Shown: positions 23,626 to 38,015, counted from the whole stretch's first letter. The stretch is 63,933 nucleotides of DNA, filler included, from Octopus bimaculoides (GCF_001194135.2; 6 parts of 6 records of this genome joined end to end with filler, not necessarily neighbours in it), one strand, 5' to 3'. Notes: a model not told the origin generated them from the letters alone. Numbers and translations are program-made.

Positions 23626-24339
23626 TATTACAAACACTGCTGACAGAAATATCGAAGCCCTAATTGTGGCTACACTTGCTGTTGTTGATGAAATAATGTT
23701 TATGGTGTTGTTAGTGTTAACTGTTATTACTAACTGTCTATGTATTCACCATTCCACCTATTTTTGTGTTTTCTATTGCTATTTTAGTTGTTACTAATAA
23801 TGTTATCTATATTTTTGATACAGATGTCTGTGTTCATATTGGTACGGGTATTCATGTACTTGCTGATAGTGGTCATGTTGTTGAGGATTATGTTGTTGTT
23901 GGTTTTTAATTATTTCACAGTTACGTGTTTGTTGTCATGGTGTTTGAAATTGCTGTTGCAGTCTTCGTTGCTGCTGCTATATTTTATGTCGCTGACTCTT
24001 CCTCATACTCGATAAGACTATGCGGAGGCACACAATTATAGAGGATAACAGAAACTAAAGCTCCAGGGTGAAATTCCACCCGAAGATAGGTTAAGTAGGT
24101 GTAGCGGCCCACACAAATACATAGAAATGAAATTCAAATGGTGCTTATATTACAATATCAGCGATTACGTGGCTACATACTATCAGATATGATGAATTCA
24201 GACAGAAGTATTTTTACTAATGCAAACTGCTACTATTGTGGCTTATACGAACTCTTTATCTTGAAAATATAAATTCTGAGTCATATACTAGCTAGAGGAG
24301 ACATAGGAGTCTATATCTCCTCCAGCTAACTCCACACAG

Positions 24340-26420
24340 TCTCCTACTGATATTAACCCTCTTTCACCTTTCAATGTAGGTATAATCTTGCTACTCCTGC
24401 CCTTGGGTGGAATCCTCCATTTATTTTCAATTTCTTCCTAGTTCTTCCGTCTAGTTTTACTAATTAAGTTTTTCTCCAATCTACAAAAGCTGCTGAGTAT
24501 CTAAATAATGATATTTCCCAAATATTTACAAACTTCGCTAGATTAGGACAATTTAGCTTTGACCTCATTAGCTTCCACACCCTTCTGATGTACACCCCAT
24601 CAATGTTCGTTTCCATTTCTAAAGTTGGTATTCTGTCAGATACTAATACTCCTAGATGCTCATAACTCTCTCCTTCTTTCAATGATTTTAACAGCAAGCT
24701 ATCTGGTAATTGGAAGCTTTCGCTGCTGACTACCTGTCCCTTTCTCATGACTAATGTTTGACTCTAGTCTATGTTTGACTCTAGTCTGTATTAAGGAATC
24801 TATCTCTTTTTAATTCTTACTAAAAAGCTTCAGGTCATCCCGGTGGAGCAAATGTTTGATTTTTTCCATTACTGTTTCGTAAATGTGAGATCAAACATAA
24901 GACAAATATTTAAAAAGGACAACGAGTCCTCCTGGAAACTTTCTATTTTGATATTGACTTTCCTTAAGGGTGTGTCACTTGAGTAGAGTTCTACTTTCCA
25001 TTTCTGCTTTGTCAATGAAAAATAGATCATGCCGTTCTTCTAGCCGTCTTCCGGCAAACTCTCTTCTCTTGGTAATAACTTTTGGTTGTTAATTTGCTCG
25101 CGAATGCTTTCTGAAAGTATTCCTGTTAACAGCTTCCACACTAATGGTAAGCAAATGATCGGTCTATAGTTGATAGCTATATTACCCTTACTATTATCCA
25201 TCATAATGTGTATTGTCCTCCATCTAGTCAGCCAGTCGTGTATTATTCTCCCATTAAGGCAATCCTGAAGTTGTTCCTCCATGTAAACTACTGAATTACT
25301 TTAGCCAGTACCCTTGGACTAAATCTGGTCCTAGACCCTTCCAATTCGACATTTTTTCTAACACTTACCTCATTAATGCACTAGTTAATCTTAAATCTAG
25401 CTGCTTCTCACTCACTACAACTTCCCTTACTTTCTTAAGCCATACTGCATCACCATTGTGATTGATTGGTTTGTCCCACCTATTACTCCAGAACTTTCTA
25501 TCTTCCTCTGCATTAGGTTTCTCATGTTCAGTACTTCGTTCTCCCCTATTCATTTGGTTCTAAAATCTCCTCTGGTCTTTCTCAAATAATCTATTGTGTT
25601 GATACTGATATATTTTTTTTGATATCTGGAGAGTTTGCCTGCTACTGCTATGACACACTGTTTTAACTATTCTATCATTGTCACAACTCCTCTCTCCTTG
25701 ACAAATATCTTTCCTCGAGGAAATATTTTCATCTTGAGTTTTCTAGTTTGTTTTCCAGGCTTCTATTCGACTTAGATCTTCTCTTAAAGTCTTCACTTTA
25801 TCATGTAGTCTCTTTTTCCACCTTTACTCTTTTTAATCTTTTCTTCTGAGATATATAATCTTCTGGCGACTACTGCATAGATCAATATGTTAGTGTCTTC
25901 TATATTTTTATTACCTGTGTTACCTACATCAGAATCTACTTTCCTAGTAATTTCTTGTAGCTTCCTTCGTATGGTGTCTTTTAATGCTGGCAATATTTTT
26001 CTTACTTCTGTACTCAGTATTTCCTGCAACTCATCTAAAATATTCTGATCTTCCTCACATAAATCAGTTAAGTTGTTGGTGCCAGTTGTCCCTTATTATT
26101 AGCGCTATTATTACTTATTCCTTTAGGTTCTTCTTTAATTTGAGATATATCTCTTATATTGTTTGTCTTTCCAACTGCCTGGTCTTTCTTTTCCAGTTCT
26201 CTTGTGGTCTCTTCTACCTCCAATTCTGTCATTCATTTTCTTCTAATAGCATTAGCTTGATCAACTAATCTCTGCTCAGTCACTTTAAGCATATCCTTCT
26301 CTAACCAAAGTGTCAACATCCGTTTTCTCTAGCCTCTTTTTTTGCTTCACTTTCTAAATAGCACTGCATCACTATCCTGTTTTCTTTGCTGGTCCACTTC
26401 TCCCTCCTTGCTCTACTATC
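24340..26420 (-). mobile_element. Decayed R4/Dong-type LINE, N-terminal and RT region
   Basis: ORF pieces RKILPALK...TNILIYA; DRKFWS...HNGDAVWL; NYRPIICLPLVWKLLTGIL; DDLKLFSKN*KEIDSL (~24790-24840); YEHLGVL...SKLN...RYSAAFVDW; many stops and deletions. Confidence 0.85.
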
Positions 26421-26434
26421 TGCTGATGCTGTAT

Positions 26435-26650
26435 GATTTTCTACTCTAGGCACAATGCCTGAAATTTTGGAGGAGGTGGCCAATCGATTACATTTACCCC
26501 AGTACGTGACTGGTACTTAATTTATCAGCTCCGAAAGAATGAAAGGCAAAGTCGGCCTCGGCGAAATTTGAGCTCAGAACGTAACGGCGGACGAAATACC
26601 GCTAACCATTTCGTCCGGCGTGCTAACGTTTCTGCCAGCTCACCGCCTAT
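26435..26650 (-). mobile_element. SINE family A with 12-bp target-site duplication
   Basis: ctgatgctgtat at 26423-26434 and 26651-26662 flanks the element. Confidence 0.85.
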
Positions 26651-27529
26651 CTGATGCTGTATTAATATGATGATTATGGTCACTCTGTATCTTTAGTGAT
26701 CCATTGGCGAACCAGAGGCCTTCCTTTTGAAGGGTCAGTTTCATTTTTGAAGTTACAACCAGAGTTTTCTGGAAATTCCTATCGCTTATAAACTGAGCTA
26801 AGGTAACGTTCGTCTCCATCGTCATCACCACTATCATTTATCGACATCTGAAAGTTTCAAGCAACTTTTCTATTGCATCATTTATTGCACCTTTTTGTTG
26901 GTGCGGTGGTGTGCTGAATTTTTGCGTGGGCGGGGGAAATTGCATTGTATCAATACGTTTTGCTATGGGGTTTTCTTTGAGTCTTCGCTTGTATTAGTTT
27001 TTTATATTGTTTTCTTTCTGTAGCGCAGTTTGTGTTCTTCTGTTGGGTATCGGCCTTCTATGGCAAATGTTTTGGGTTTTGTTAATTTTGTTGTGTATTT
27101 ACAGAATGAGTTTATTCTTGTATGCTTTTGGAAAGGTGTTGCATAGTAGTGTGTATGTCTGTGAGTGTGTGTGTGTAACTTCTAAATCAACTATTTTATA
27201 GTATTTATTATTATCCGTCCACTGTTCTTTTGCTTGGTTTTGTTATGAGTTCCATTAATTATTAAAGTATTAATTATTATTATTATTATTATCAACTATT
27301 TCCAATTCGGTTTCCTTTTATTGCTGAGTGCCTTCCTGACATCTAGGGCAGAGAAATGCACTGTTATAAATTTGTGGGCCATTAAAATAATCACACCAGA
27401 TTGTTCATTTACAAAGTCATATAATAGAAAAAAGGGAAAGAAAGACAGAGAGAAAAAGGGAAAGATATAAATTATAAAAGTAAACAAAGAAAATAAATAA
27501 GGTAATATAAAGATCAAAAACGAAAGGAA

Positions 27530-27700
27530 AATTCACAGCAACAATGCTCGTCTCAAAACGAGTGACATACCAGTTACGACAATCTTCTGTACTTTGCGCA
27601 TGGAAGTAATCCAGGGATCATTCTCAAATAATTTTCAGTTCTTTTCTTTTATCATTCCAAGTGCTCCTACAATCATTGATATTGTAACCGTCTTGAGATG
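27530..27700 (-). mobile_element. R4/Dong-type LINE 3' fragment
   Basis: HLKTVTISMIVGALGMIKKRTENYLRMIPG...VQKIVVTGMSLVLRRALLL*. Confidence 0.7.
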
Positions 27701-27723
27701 CTATTATTATTATTATTATTATT

Positions 27724-27847
27724 CAGTAGTTTTATTTTTATAACGTGCTTTCACTTCACTACCGAGCGCAGCTCTGTGCGCCTTGGGTATGTGCTGTGGT
27801 TTGCTGTGGTGCTCTTATGTTTACTGTATTGAAAGTGTTTTGCGTAG
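27724..27847 (-). mobile_element. R4/Dong-type LINE 3' UTR with TAA tail
   Basis: Apparently identical reverse complement of ~44519-44642. Confidence 0.85.
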
Positions 27848-27947
27848 NNNNNNNNNNNNNNNNNNNNNNNNNNNNNNNNNNNNNNNNNNNNTTAATTAAT
27901 TAANNNNNNNNNNNNNNNNNNNNNNNNNNNNNNNNNNNNNNNNNNNN
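27848..27947. other. Artificial scaffolding spacer
   Basis: 44N-TTAATTAATTAA-44N. Confidence 0.95.
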
Positions 27948-27970
27948 TATATATATATACATACATATAC

Positions 27971-28132
27971 GACGGGCTTCTTTCAGTTTCCGTCTACCAA
28001 ATCCACTCACAAGGCTTTGGTCGGCCCGAAGCTATAGCAGAAGACACTCGCCCAAGGTGCCACGCAGTGGGACTGAACCCGGAACCATGTGGTTCGTTAG
28101 CAAGCTACTTACCACACAGCCACTCCTACGCC
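27971..28132 (-). mobile_element. SINE family B head (tRNA-like + CORE-like domain)
   Basis: Reverse complement of 30172-30335; ggcaccttgggcgagtgtcttct resembles the CORE-SINE motif (ccttgggcaagt...ctt). Confidence 0.85.
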
Positions 28133-28511
28133 TATGTATGTGTATATACATACACGTATATATATATGCATACACATAGATATGCGTGTGTGTTGTATAC
28201 ATATTCATACATATATGTATGTATGTATGTATGTATGTATATAGAAAGGAGGATGGGCAAGCAAAAGAATATATACGTCGTAATAAAGAATATATGAGTG
28301 ATAATAAGGAGGACAAATAAAGTATGAAGTATTATGAAGTAAATATCCTTGAGTAACACCAAATGCTTTGTCTGTCCGTGTTCCATCTTTGATTCATTTA
28401 TACCCTCTGAATCAGGTACCACTCCAAGCCGAAATTTTCATGTTAAACCGATCTAAGCACTGATTATACATACCTATTAATATACGTCAAAAGACGTTTA
28501 CTATTTGCATC

Positions 28512-28599
<88 letters not shown>

Positions 28600-29739
28600 A
28601 TATATATATGTATATATAATNNNNNNNNNNNNNNNNNNNNNNNNNNNNNNNNNNNNNNNNNNNNNNNNNNNNNNNNNNNNNNNNNNNNNNNNNNNNNNNN
28701 NNNNNNNNNNNNNNNNNNNNNNNNNNNNNNNNNNNNNNNNNNNNNNNNNNNNNNNNNNNNNNNNNNNNNNNNNNNNNNNNNNNNNNNNNNNNNNNNNNNN
28801 NNNNNNNNNNNNNNNNNNNNNNNNNNNNNNNNNNNNNNNNNNNNNNNNNNNNNNNNNNNNNNNNNNNNNNNNNNNNNNNNNNNNNNNNNNNNNNNNNNNN
28901 NNNNNNNNNNNNNNNNNNNNNNNNNNNNNNNNNNNNNNNNNNNNNNNNNNNNNNNNNNNNNNNNNNNNNNNNNNNNNNNNNNNNNNNNNNNNNNNNNNNN
29001 NNNNNNNNNNNNNNNNNNNNNNNNNNNNNNNNNNNNNNNNNNNNNNNNNNNNNNNNNNNNNNNNNNNNNNNNNNNNNNNNNNNNNNNNNNNNNNNNNNNN
29101 NNNNNNNNNNNNNNNNNNNNNNNNNNNNNNNNNNNNNNNNNNNNNNNNNNNNNNNNNNNNNNNNNNNNNNNNNNNNNNNNNNNNNNNNNNNNNNNNNNNN
29201 NNNNNNNNNNNNNNNNNNNNNNNNNNNNNNNNNNNNNNNNNNNNNNNNNNNNNNNNNNNNNNNNNNNNNNNNNNNNNNNNNNNNNNNNNNNNNNNNNNNN
29301 NNNNNNNNNNNNNNNNNNNNNNNNNNNNNNNNNNNNNNNNNNNNNNNNNNNNNNNNNNNNNNNNNNNNNNNNNNNNNNNNNNNNNNNNNNNNNNNNNNNN
29401 NNNNNNNNNNNNNNNNNNNNNNNNNNNNNNNNNNNNNNNNNNNNNNNNNNNNNNNNNNNNNNNNNNNNNNNNNNNNNNNNNNNNNNNNNNNNNNNNNNNN
29501 NNNNNNNNNNNNNNNNNNNNNNNNNNNNNNNNNNNNNNNNNNNNNNNNNNNNNNNNNNNNNNNNNNNNNNNNNNNNNNNNNNNNNNNNNNNNNNNNNNNN
29601 NNNNNNNNNNNNNATCAGTATACATGAACGTCCAACCTATGATTGATCTTGAACAGTTTCGATTAACATTCTTGTGTCGCCAATACAACAACCGCACTAC
29701 CATATATTTTTCTTTTAAGGCGAAGTTATACCACAAATA

Positions 29740-29969
29740 AGGTTCCGTGACTACATGGGTCTATGGGTACACACGTGAAGTTAGTTTTACAATATCGACC
29801 CCCAAAATCCTTAGCATCGTATTGTTTTTGGGTTGTTCTTACTTTTTTTGTTTTTGGAATTTTTGTTTTTTTTATTTTTAGTTCTTTTTATTATTCAAAA
29901 TATACATAGGAAATAGCCTTTAACCAAATCCACCACACTGCCCGAGTGAAACCGCGAAAAACAGCTAGT
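29740..29969 (+). mobile_element. Putative non-autonomous Helitron 3' end
   Basis: Degenerate GC hairpin gcccgagtgaaaccgcg, then aaaaacagCTAG-T at 29965-29969; 5' boundary uncertain. Confidence 0.45.
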
Positions 29970-30017
29970 CTACATATAATAACAAATCAGACAGTTTGTT
30001 ATTATATGTAGACTAGC
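29964..30017. repeat. Perfect 23-bp inverted repeat with 8-bp spacer
   Basis: gctagtctacatataataacaaa / tcagacag / tttgttattatatgtagactagc. Confidence 0.95.
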
Positions 30018-30171
30018 ATTTAATACATCCAATGTCGGCAGGAAACAGTAAATATGTAAATACCAAATACAATTTAAACCCGAGATCCGACTCAGATGTG
30101 GGTTCATGGTGTAAAGTAGGAATAAAAGGTAAACACAAATGGCGTCAAAAATTTACATATATATAAATATA

Positions 30172-30336
30172 GGCGTAGGGGTGACTGTGTGGCAAGTAGC
30201 TTGCTTCCCAACCACATGGCTCCGGGTTCAGTCCCACTGCGTGGCACCTTGGGCAAGTATCTTCTACTATAGCCTCAGGCCGACCAAAGCCTTGTGAGTG
30301 GATTTGGTAGAAGGAAACTGAAAGAAGACCGTCGTA

Positions 30337-30409
<73 letters not shown>

Positions 30410-30644
30410 GTATGTGCGTGTATATGTATGTGCGTGTGTATGTTTGTGTGTCTGTGTTTGTCCCCCCAACATCGTTTGACAACCGATGCTGGTGTGTTTA
30501 GGTCCCCGTAACTTAGCGGTTCGGCAAAAGAGACCGATAGAATAAGTACTAGGCTTACAAAGAATAAGTCCTGGGGTCGATTTGCTCAACTAAAGGTGGT
30601 GCTCCAGCATGGCCACAGTCAAATGACTGAAACAAAGTAAAATA
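30172..30644 (+). mobile_element. Full-length bipartite SINE family B with internal (TA)n/(TG)n tract
   Basis: tRNA-like head with B-box ggttcagtccc, CORE-like segment, microsatellite ~30335-30440, conserved 3' half ending gactgaaacaaagtaaaa. Confidence 0.85.
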
Positions 30645-30809
30645 GTATGTAATGTGTGTGTGTGTGTGTGTGTGTTTGTGTATGAATTGTAAGCTATATA
30701 CCATATCCTAGAGCTAGTTGGTCCACACACATTGATAGGTTGTGTAACAGTTGCTACCCGTAGAGATTACAGCACATGCTATCTTTCATGTGGGTCACAC
30801 TAAATGATA

Positions 30810-31640
30810 ATACTACAGACATCCGTGACATATTTCGTGCCTGTTTCTAGTTTATCGCGAATTTCGTGATTGCAAGTAACCAAGCAAACAAGCTTGGATC
30901 CTGGATTCCTGTCCCTGTTCAACTTTCGATCAAGAGTATTACAAACGAATGAAAATTCGATACGGTGCTGTACTGAAAAGCAGCCAAACGAGACCTCTTC
31001 GTTCATTACAAGTCGGCCTTCCCCCTCAGGGGAAAAACCATCTTCAAAGAGGACGAAGTCGTCCGTCTATATCTGTTACTACAGCTGGGCCACTCGAGTT
31101 GCACAGTTTCTCAAGATTCTTAGAATCAGCAACTATTCAGCATCCATTAGCAACTCTCCGCATGGCCATAAGGCAAACAAAAGTGGCAAGAGAAAATCTC
31201 TCTAATACCTGCTTCCTAAAAATTCCTCACTTTAACGAAAGGACCACCACGGCCATCCTCAGGGTCTCGATATCTTGCTGGCCCACTCGGGTTGCCTGTA
31301 TTGATACCTCTTAACGAAGAGATCTCAATCAGAGCAACAGCCCTGCACACTAATGAACTCTCTGTCCGCGACACAAGCAAGTGTCAGTTTGACAGACGTG
31401 GTTCACCATGTACGTTGTTCCAAATGCGGCGACTACTACATCGGTAGTACGCTCCGACCGATACGCGTCTGATTGAAGGAACAGCTGACTACAAATGCGT
31501 CTTCCTTCCACAAGCCCATACTTAAATGCTGTAACACCACCGACGAGATGAGATGTATTGAAAAACCTCCCTATTAAGGAACTCTTGTCGATCCATCGGC
31601 TTAACTTGAAAATCAATAACCAGTTGGAGTCGGGCCGGTG
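30810..31640 (+). mobile_element. Decayed Penelope-like retroelement 3' region (RT thumb + GIY-YIG endonuclease)
   Basis: LY*KAAKRDLFVHYKSAFPLRGK (~30968); FLKIPHFNERTT; VVHHVRCSKCGDYYIGSTLRPIRV*LKEQL (31398-31487), matching the V.Y...C..C...YIG.T.R....R..EH pattern. Confidence 0.7.
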
Positions 31641-32927
31641 GCTCCTGTAAATTACCAACAGTCCCCAGCTCAGTCGCTGCCACGACCAACATCATCATCA
31701 CCACGATAATGATTGTGGCTGTTGCCTGCCATCATCTTTCCACCAACTACTACCACAACGCATACCGCTACTGCCCCAAACACCAATGTAGACAGTCATC
31801 TGTACCGTTGCTGTTGACCTACTGCTAGTCATCGATCTATCTTTGTAAGCCTGGTACTTATTCTATCGGACTGTTTTGCCGAACCGCCAAGTTACGCGGA
31901 CGCAAACATATGTATGCACATCTACTCATATATACATACATTTACGTAAGCATATATATATATGCATGCATACAGGCGTGCATTTACATATACTCATATA
32001 TGTATATATTTATACATATACAGACATGCGTTCACACATATACACACATAGTTATATATACATGTATACATACACACACATGTACATAAATAAAACATAT
32101 ACACACTTAAAATTCATCTACACATACCCATAATTGTTTACGCATGCGTGTGCATGTATACATTCACATAAGCAGAAGGAAAACGTAAGTACGTAAAGTC
32201 ATCAACATAAATGATTAAATAGCACGTGAAATAGTCTCTAAGGATAAGTGGAATTATAGTTACGCACACACATATCGATACACACATTCATACATATACA
32301 CGTAAGCACGAAGACATAGATACTCATGCAAACACACGCATGCGCATACATAACTGGGTCAAACTAAAGGGTTTGACCCGAGCAGAAAAAAAAATTAATA
32401 ATTGTGTAATAGCTGTACAACAACATGTAGTAAACAAATATGAGAAAAAAAATGCGCGCTCGCGAACGGGGATGGGGTGGGGCAGAGGACTCGGAAAATT
32501 CACATCGTCAGACCATGACCATTAAACTCTAGTGTTTGACCCGAGCAAAACAACATTTTGAAATAGTGTAATAGGTGTACAACAACATTTCCTTTAAACT
32601 CCTGTGTTTACCCAAGGTGCCATGCAGTGGGACTGTACCCGGAACCGTGTGGTTGGGAAGAATATTCAGTTTCTTTAGGGAAAAAATCGGATCGTGTGAA
32701 TTGTTCTGTTCCTCTCCATCCTCTGTTCGCCAGTAAGGGTTTTCAACCATATCTTCAGGCCGACCAACGCGTCCAGAAGGCCGAAGGTGGCATTTCAGAC
32801 TAAAAAATTATCTATGCTATAAACGAAGATGAAAACAAAAATTTGCGCACAAAATTTTTCGGTTCTGTCTTCTACATAATGATATTAGCAAAAACAATTG
32901 AAGAGTAGATGTTTGTAAGCCATACAA

Positions 32928-32958
<31 letters not shown>

Positions 32959-32971
32959 GAGAAATGGTTGG

Positions 32972-33141
32972 TTTCACTGCACCACTTAATTCTCATTTCA
33001 ATCTCAATATTTTCGTCGCTTTGAAACCGAGACTTGTTCACTGACAAGACAGATGCAGCACGAGTTTTTGTCAGGGTTTTGTCGCGGTTTCAAAGAACGA
33101 AGATATTTAGACACAAGTGAAATTTAAATGTTGCAGTGAAA
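32972..33141. mobile_element. ~170-bp MITE-like imperfect palindrome
   Basis: tttcactgca...atattttcgtcgctttgaaaccgagac vs gtcgcggtttcaaagaacgaagatat...tgcagtgaaa. Confidence 0.65.
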
Positions 33142-33407
33142 GTAACGGCTTTTGTTCTGGAATTGCTTACAAACATCGTACACGCTGCAAATTCTCTTAA
33201 ATATTCACCCTTACCCTGCCCTTAATTACAAAACTTTCAACTCTTTTTCATTTTTTTTATTTGATTCTTTATACAGACAGTTCATGTTATTAAAATAAAT
33301 TCCCTTTAACATTCCTTTGAATTGTTACGTTATAGAAATAATTATAACCAGTGCGTTGTCCATTTCTTGGATATAGGCAGCAAGTCCTCATACATACATG
33401 CATACAT

Positions 33408-34300
<893 letters not shown>

Positions 34301-34565
34301 TGATGTCATTGATTCAGCATTAAGTGCTGCAACATGCATTTGTTGATCTTGAGAAAATCTCATATCGCTTCTCTCTTCAGACTTGCGCATTCGGTTTTCT
34401 ACAATCATCCTTACTTTATACTTGTTTCTGGAGAGATTACGTCTTTTCTGTGTTTCTCCTGCTCATTCCGTAAAAATTTATTCGAAGAGAGCAGAAATTG
34501 AAAGAAGAGAAAGCGAAAAGGACAGAGAAAAAAAGTGAAAGATGCATGTGCGTCTATATGATATG

Positions 34566-34609
<44 letters not shown>

Positions 34610-35281
34610 AGAGAGAGAGAAAGAGAAAGAGTGACAAAGAGAGACAGAGTGAGTGAGTGAAGGTGTGTGTCGTGATGATTGATGTCTTTTAAGGTACACA
34701 CACATGTAGACTATGTGACGTCATCGTATAAAATGTTTACGACGGTTGAGTTGATTTATGGAAAAGGCTATAATGTTAAATTTTTAAAATGCAAGTATGT
34801 GAATGGAAATTAAGTTTAATTTTTAGCCGAAATAGAACTAAATCTTTTGATGCTCCATACGTCAAAATCTGTAACTCGTTTTGGAATGCACAAAGAATAT
34901 ATTTATGTATAGAACAGACTTCTTTCAAACTGAAAGTATTATCTCACATTACAATAGAGATGTAATATTGAAATAGTGTAAGAGATAAGAGATTGCTCTA
35001 GGCTCGCATTAGGCAAAAAGCTGGAAATTTTTTGGGCCCATAGCACTGCATGGACCTTGGCTTTTGTATTTGACGCTTGTTACTTTAAGTATTTTATTTC
35101 GAGTTTATGCATATGTGTATGTATAAGCCAATGAAGGAGACCTCTACATGGTAGGTAGAGGTAGCTAGACTTGGCAGAAATAGCAGCCAAATCTTTCTCA
35201 AAACACCCTACTGTCTTAATCCGACAATTCTGCCTATTATGTAGTTTGAATGATAAACTTAACTAAAGATTAAGATTATTA

Positions 35282-35546
35282 GCCTTGTGAGTGGATTTGG
35301 CAGACGGAAACTATATATGAGTATGTCTGTATTTGTGCGTCTCTGCTTGTCTCCCTACCATCGCTTACAACCGGTGTTGGTGTGTTTACGTCTCCGTAAC
35401 TTAGCGCTTCGGCAAAAGAGACCGATAGAATAAGTACTAGGTTTACCAAGAATAAGTCCTGGGTCGATTTGTTCGACTAAAGGCGGTGCTCCAGTATTGC
35501 CACAGTCAAATAACTGAAACAAGTAAAAGAATAAAAAGAATAAAAG
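35282..35546 (+). mobile_element. SINE family B, 5'-truncated, short internal microsatellite
   Basis: gccttgtgagtggatttggcagacggaaact, then 3' half as in 30440-30644. Confidence 0.8.
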
Positions 35547-36910
35547 AATATATNNNNNNNNNNNNNNNNNNNNNNNNNNNNNNNNNNNNNNNNNNNNNNN
35601 NNNNNNNNNNNNNNNNNNNNNNNNNNNNNNNNNNNNNNNNNNNNNNNNNNNNNNNNNNNNNNNNNNNNNNNNNNNNNNNNNNNNNNNNNNNNNNNNNNNN
35701 NNNNNNNNNNNNNNNNNNNNNNNNNNNNNNNNNNNNNNNNNNNNNNNNNNNNNNNNNNNNNNNNNNNNNNNNNNNNNNNNNNNNNNNNNNNNNNNNNNNN
35801 NNNNNNNNNNNNNNNNNNNNNNNNNNNNNNNNNNNNNNNNNNNNNNNNNNNNNNNNNNNNNNNNNNNNNNNNTATATATGTACACTACACGCGCACACAT
35901 GAAAATTTACTCTTGGGCTTATACGTCAACGCACTCTTGCATAGCAGCGACACACGCCATAAATAATTCTTACATTGTTCTCCATTCTTTGTGCTGGGAA
36001 AAGAAAATGACTATGCTACAGATTAATTAAATTAAATAAAACGTCACGAGGTGATTTAAGACAGTTGAGTGGCGATTAGAATATTACATTTCAATGAAGT
36101 TATGTCATAAAAATAGTTTACCGCTTAAGATAACGGTGTACCTACTAATGGGTACATGTATAGTTGTGTTTTAAAGAAGTTGGTTTTACAACTATGTAGA
36201 TCTGAGTTCGATCTCTCCATTATGCAGTACATTGTGGAAGTGGTTTTTCTTCCTCACATATTATTAGGTAGATTAACACTTTGTGAACCAATCACTACGG
36301 GCAAAGAAATCACAGTTAATCGACAGGCTATTGTTATCGTTATTAAGGACGAACGGGAGAAGTAGTAACCCTTAACAGAAGTACGTATAGCAAATATTTT
36401 TTGTAGATACGGTGTTTTAATTTCTAGCTTTGTGGCTAGAAGTTAATACTATTTTATTTTCAATGTAGTTATTTTAATAATGAGCAGATGTCGCATAGCA
36501 TAATAGGCATGGCACATTAATGATCTGCTCCTGCTTGTTTGTTTATTGATTCCCAGTCAGCGTTTATGTTTTTAGCGCTGTTGACGTCGCCGGATTGAAT
36601 AGTACTGCCCATGTGTCGAAACCATAGTGATATCCGTTTGGCAGCTGATGATGGTAATGTAAACTTGACATGATTATTTGCGAATCTTTTGTATCTTGGA
36701 GTCTTGTTATTCTGGCCCTAAGATTGTTGTTTTTTTTCTTCCGGATATAATGATCCGGTCTCGAACTCGAAGTTAAGTATTTTTGTTTTTCATAATTTTG
36801 GGATGTCAATCGTTTTTGTATGTTCTATTTCGATTTTGATAAAACTAACCGGACATACATACCTATATATATATATTTACATACATACATATATATACAT
36901 ACATATATAC

Positions 36911-36955
<45 letters not shown>

Positions 36956-37493
36956 NNNNNNNNNNNNNNNNNNNNNNNNNNNNNNNNNNNNNNNNNNNNN
37001 NNNNNNNNNNNNNNNNNNNNNNNNNNNNNNNNNNNNNNNNNNNNNNNNNNNNNNNNNNNNNNNNNNNNNNNNNNNNNNNNNNNNNNNNNNNNNNNNNNNN
37101 NNNNNNNNNNNNNNNNNNNNNNNNNNNNNNNNNNNNNNNNNNNNNNNNNNNNNNNNNNNNNNNNNNNNNNNNNNNNNNNNNNNNNNNNNNNNNNNNNNNN
37201 NNNNNNNNNNNNNNNNNNNNNNNNNNNNNNNNNNNNNNNNNNNNNNNNNNNNNNNNNNNNNNNNNNNNNNNNNNNNNNNNNNNNNNNNNNNNNNNNNNNN
37301 NNNNNNNNNNNNNNNNNNNNNNNNNNNNNNNNNNNNNNNNNNNNNNNNNNNNNNNNNNNNNNNNNNNNNNNNNNNNNNNNNNNNNNNNNNNNNNNNNNNN
37401 NNNNNNNNNNNNNNNNNNNATATATATATATATATATATATAAATTTATATATGCATATATATACATACATATACATACATATATACATATAC

Positions 37494-37526
<33 letters not shown>

Positions 37527-37600
37527 TATACATATATAAATACATACATATATACATACATAGATATATACATAGATATATACATACATACATACACGCA

Positions 37601-37634
<34 letters not shown>

Positions 37635-37799
37635 AGTTCCTTAGGGATTCTGCTCTTTTCACAGATTTAAAACAACATCCTGTATACATGTGCATGTGTG
37701 TGTGTGTATAAAACCTGAAACAGTAATGATATAAAATACGTATATGTGTGTGTGGGTGTGTTTGTGCGTGTGTTTGTGTGTGAGTGTGTGTGTGCGACT

Positions 37800-38015
37800 T
37801 TGTGTCTGAGTTGGCCCCACCACCGTTCGACAACCGGAGTTGACGTGTTTACGTTCCAGTAACTTAGCAGTTCGACAAAAGAGACAGATAGATTAAGAGC
37901 CAGGCTTAAAATAAAATTAAGTATTGCGGTTGATCCATTCAACTTAAATTTCTTCATGGTGGTGCCCCAGCATGGCAGCAGTCTGTTGACTGAAACAAGT
38001 AAAAGATAAAAGAAT
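37800..38015 (+). mobile_element. SINE family B 3' half after (TG)n
   Basis: gacgtgtttacgttccagtaacttagcagttcgacaaaagagac...gactgaaacaagtaaaaga. Confidence 0.75.
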
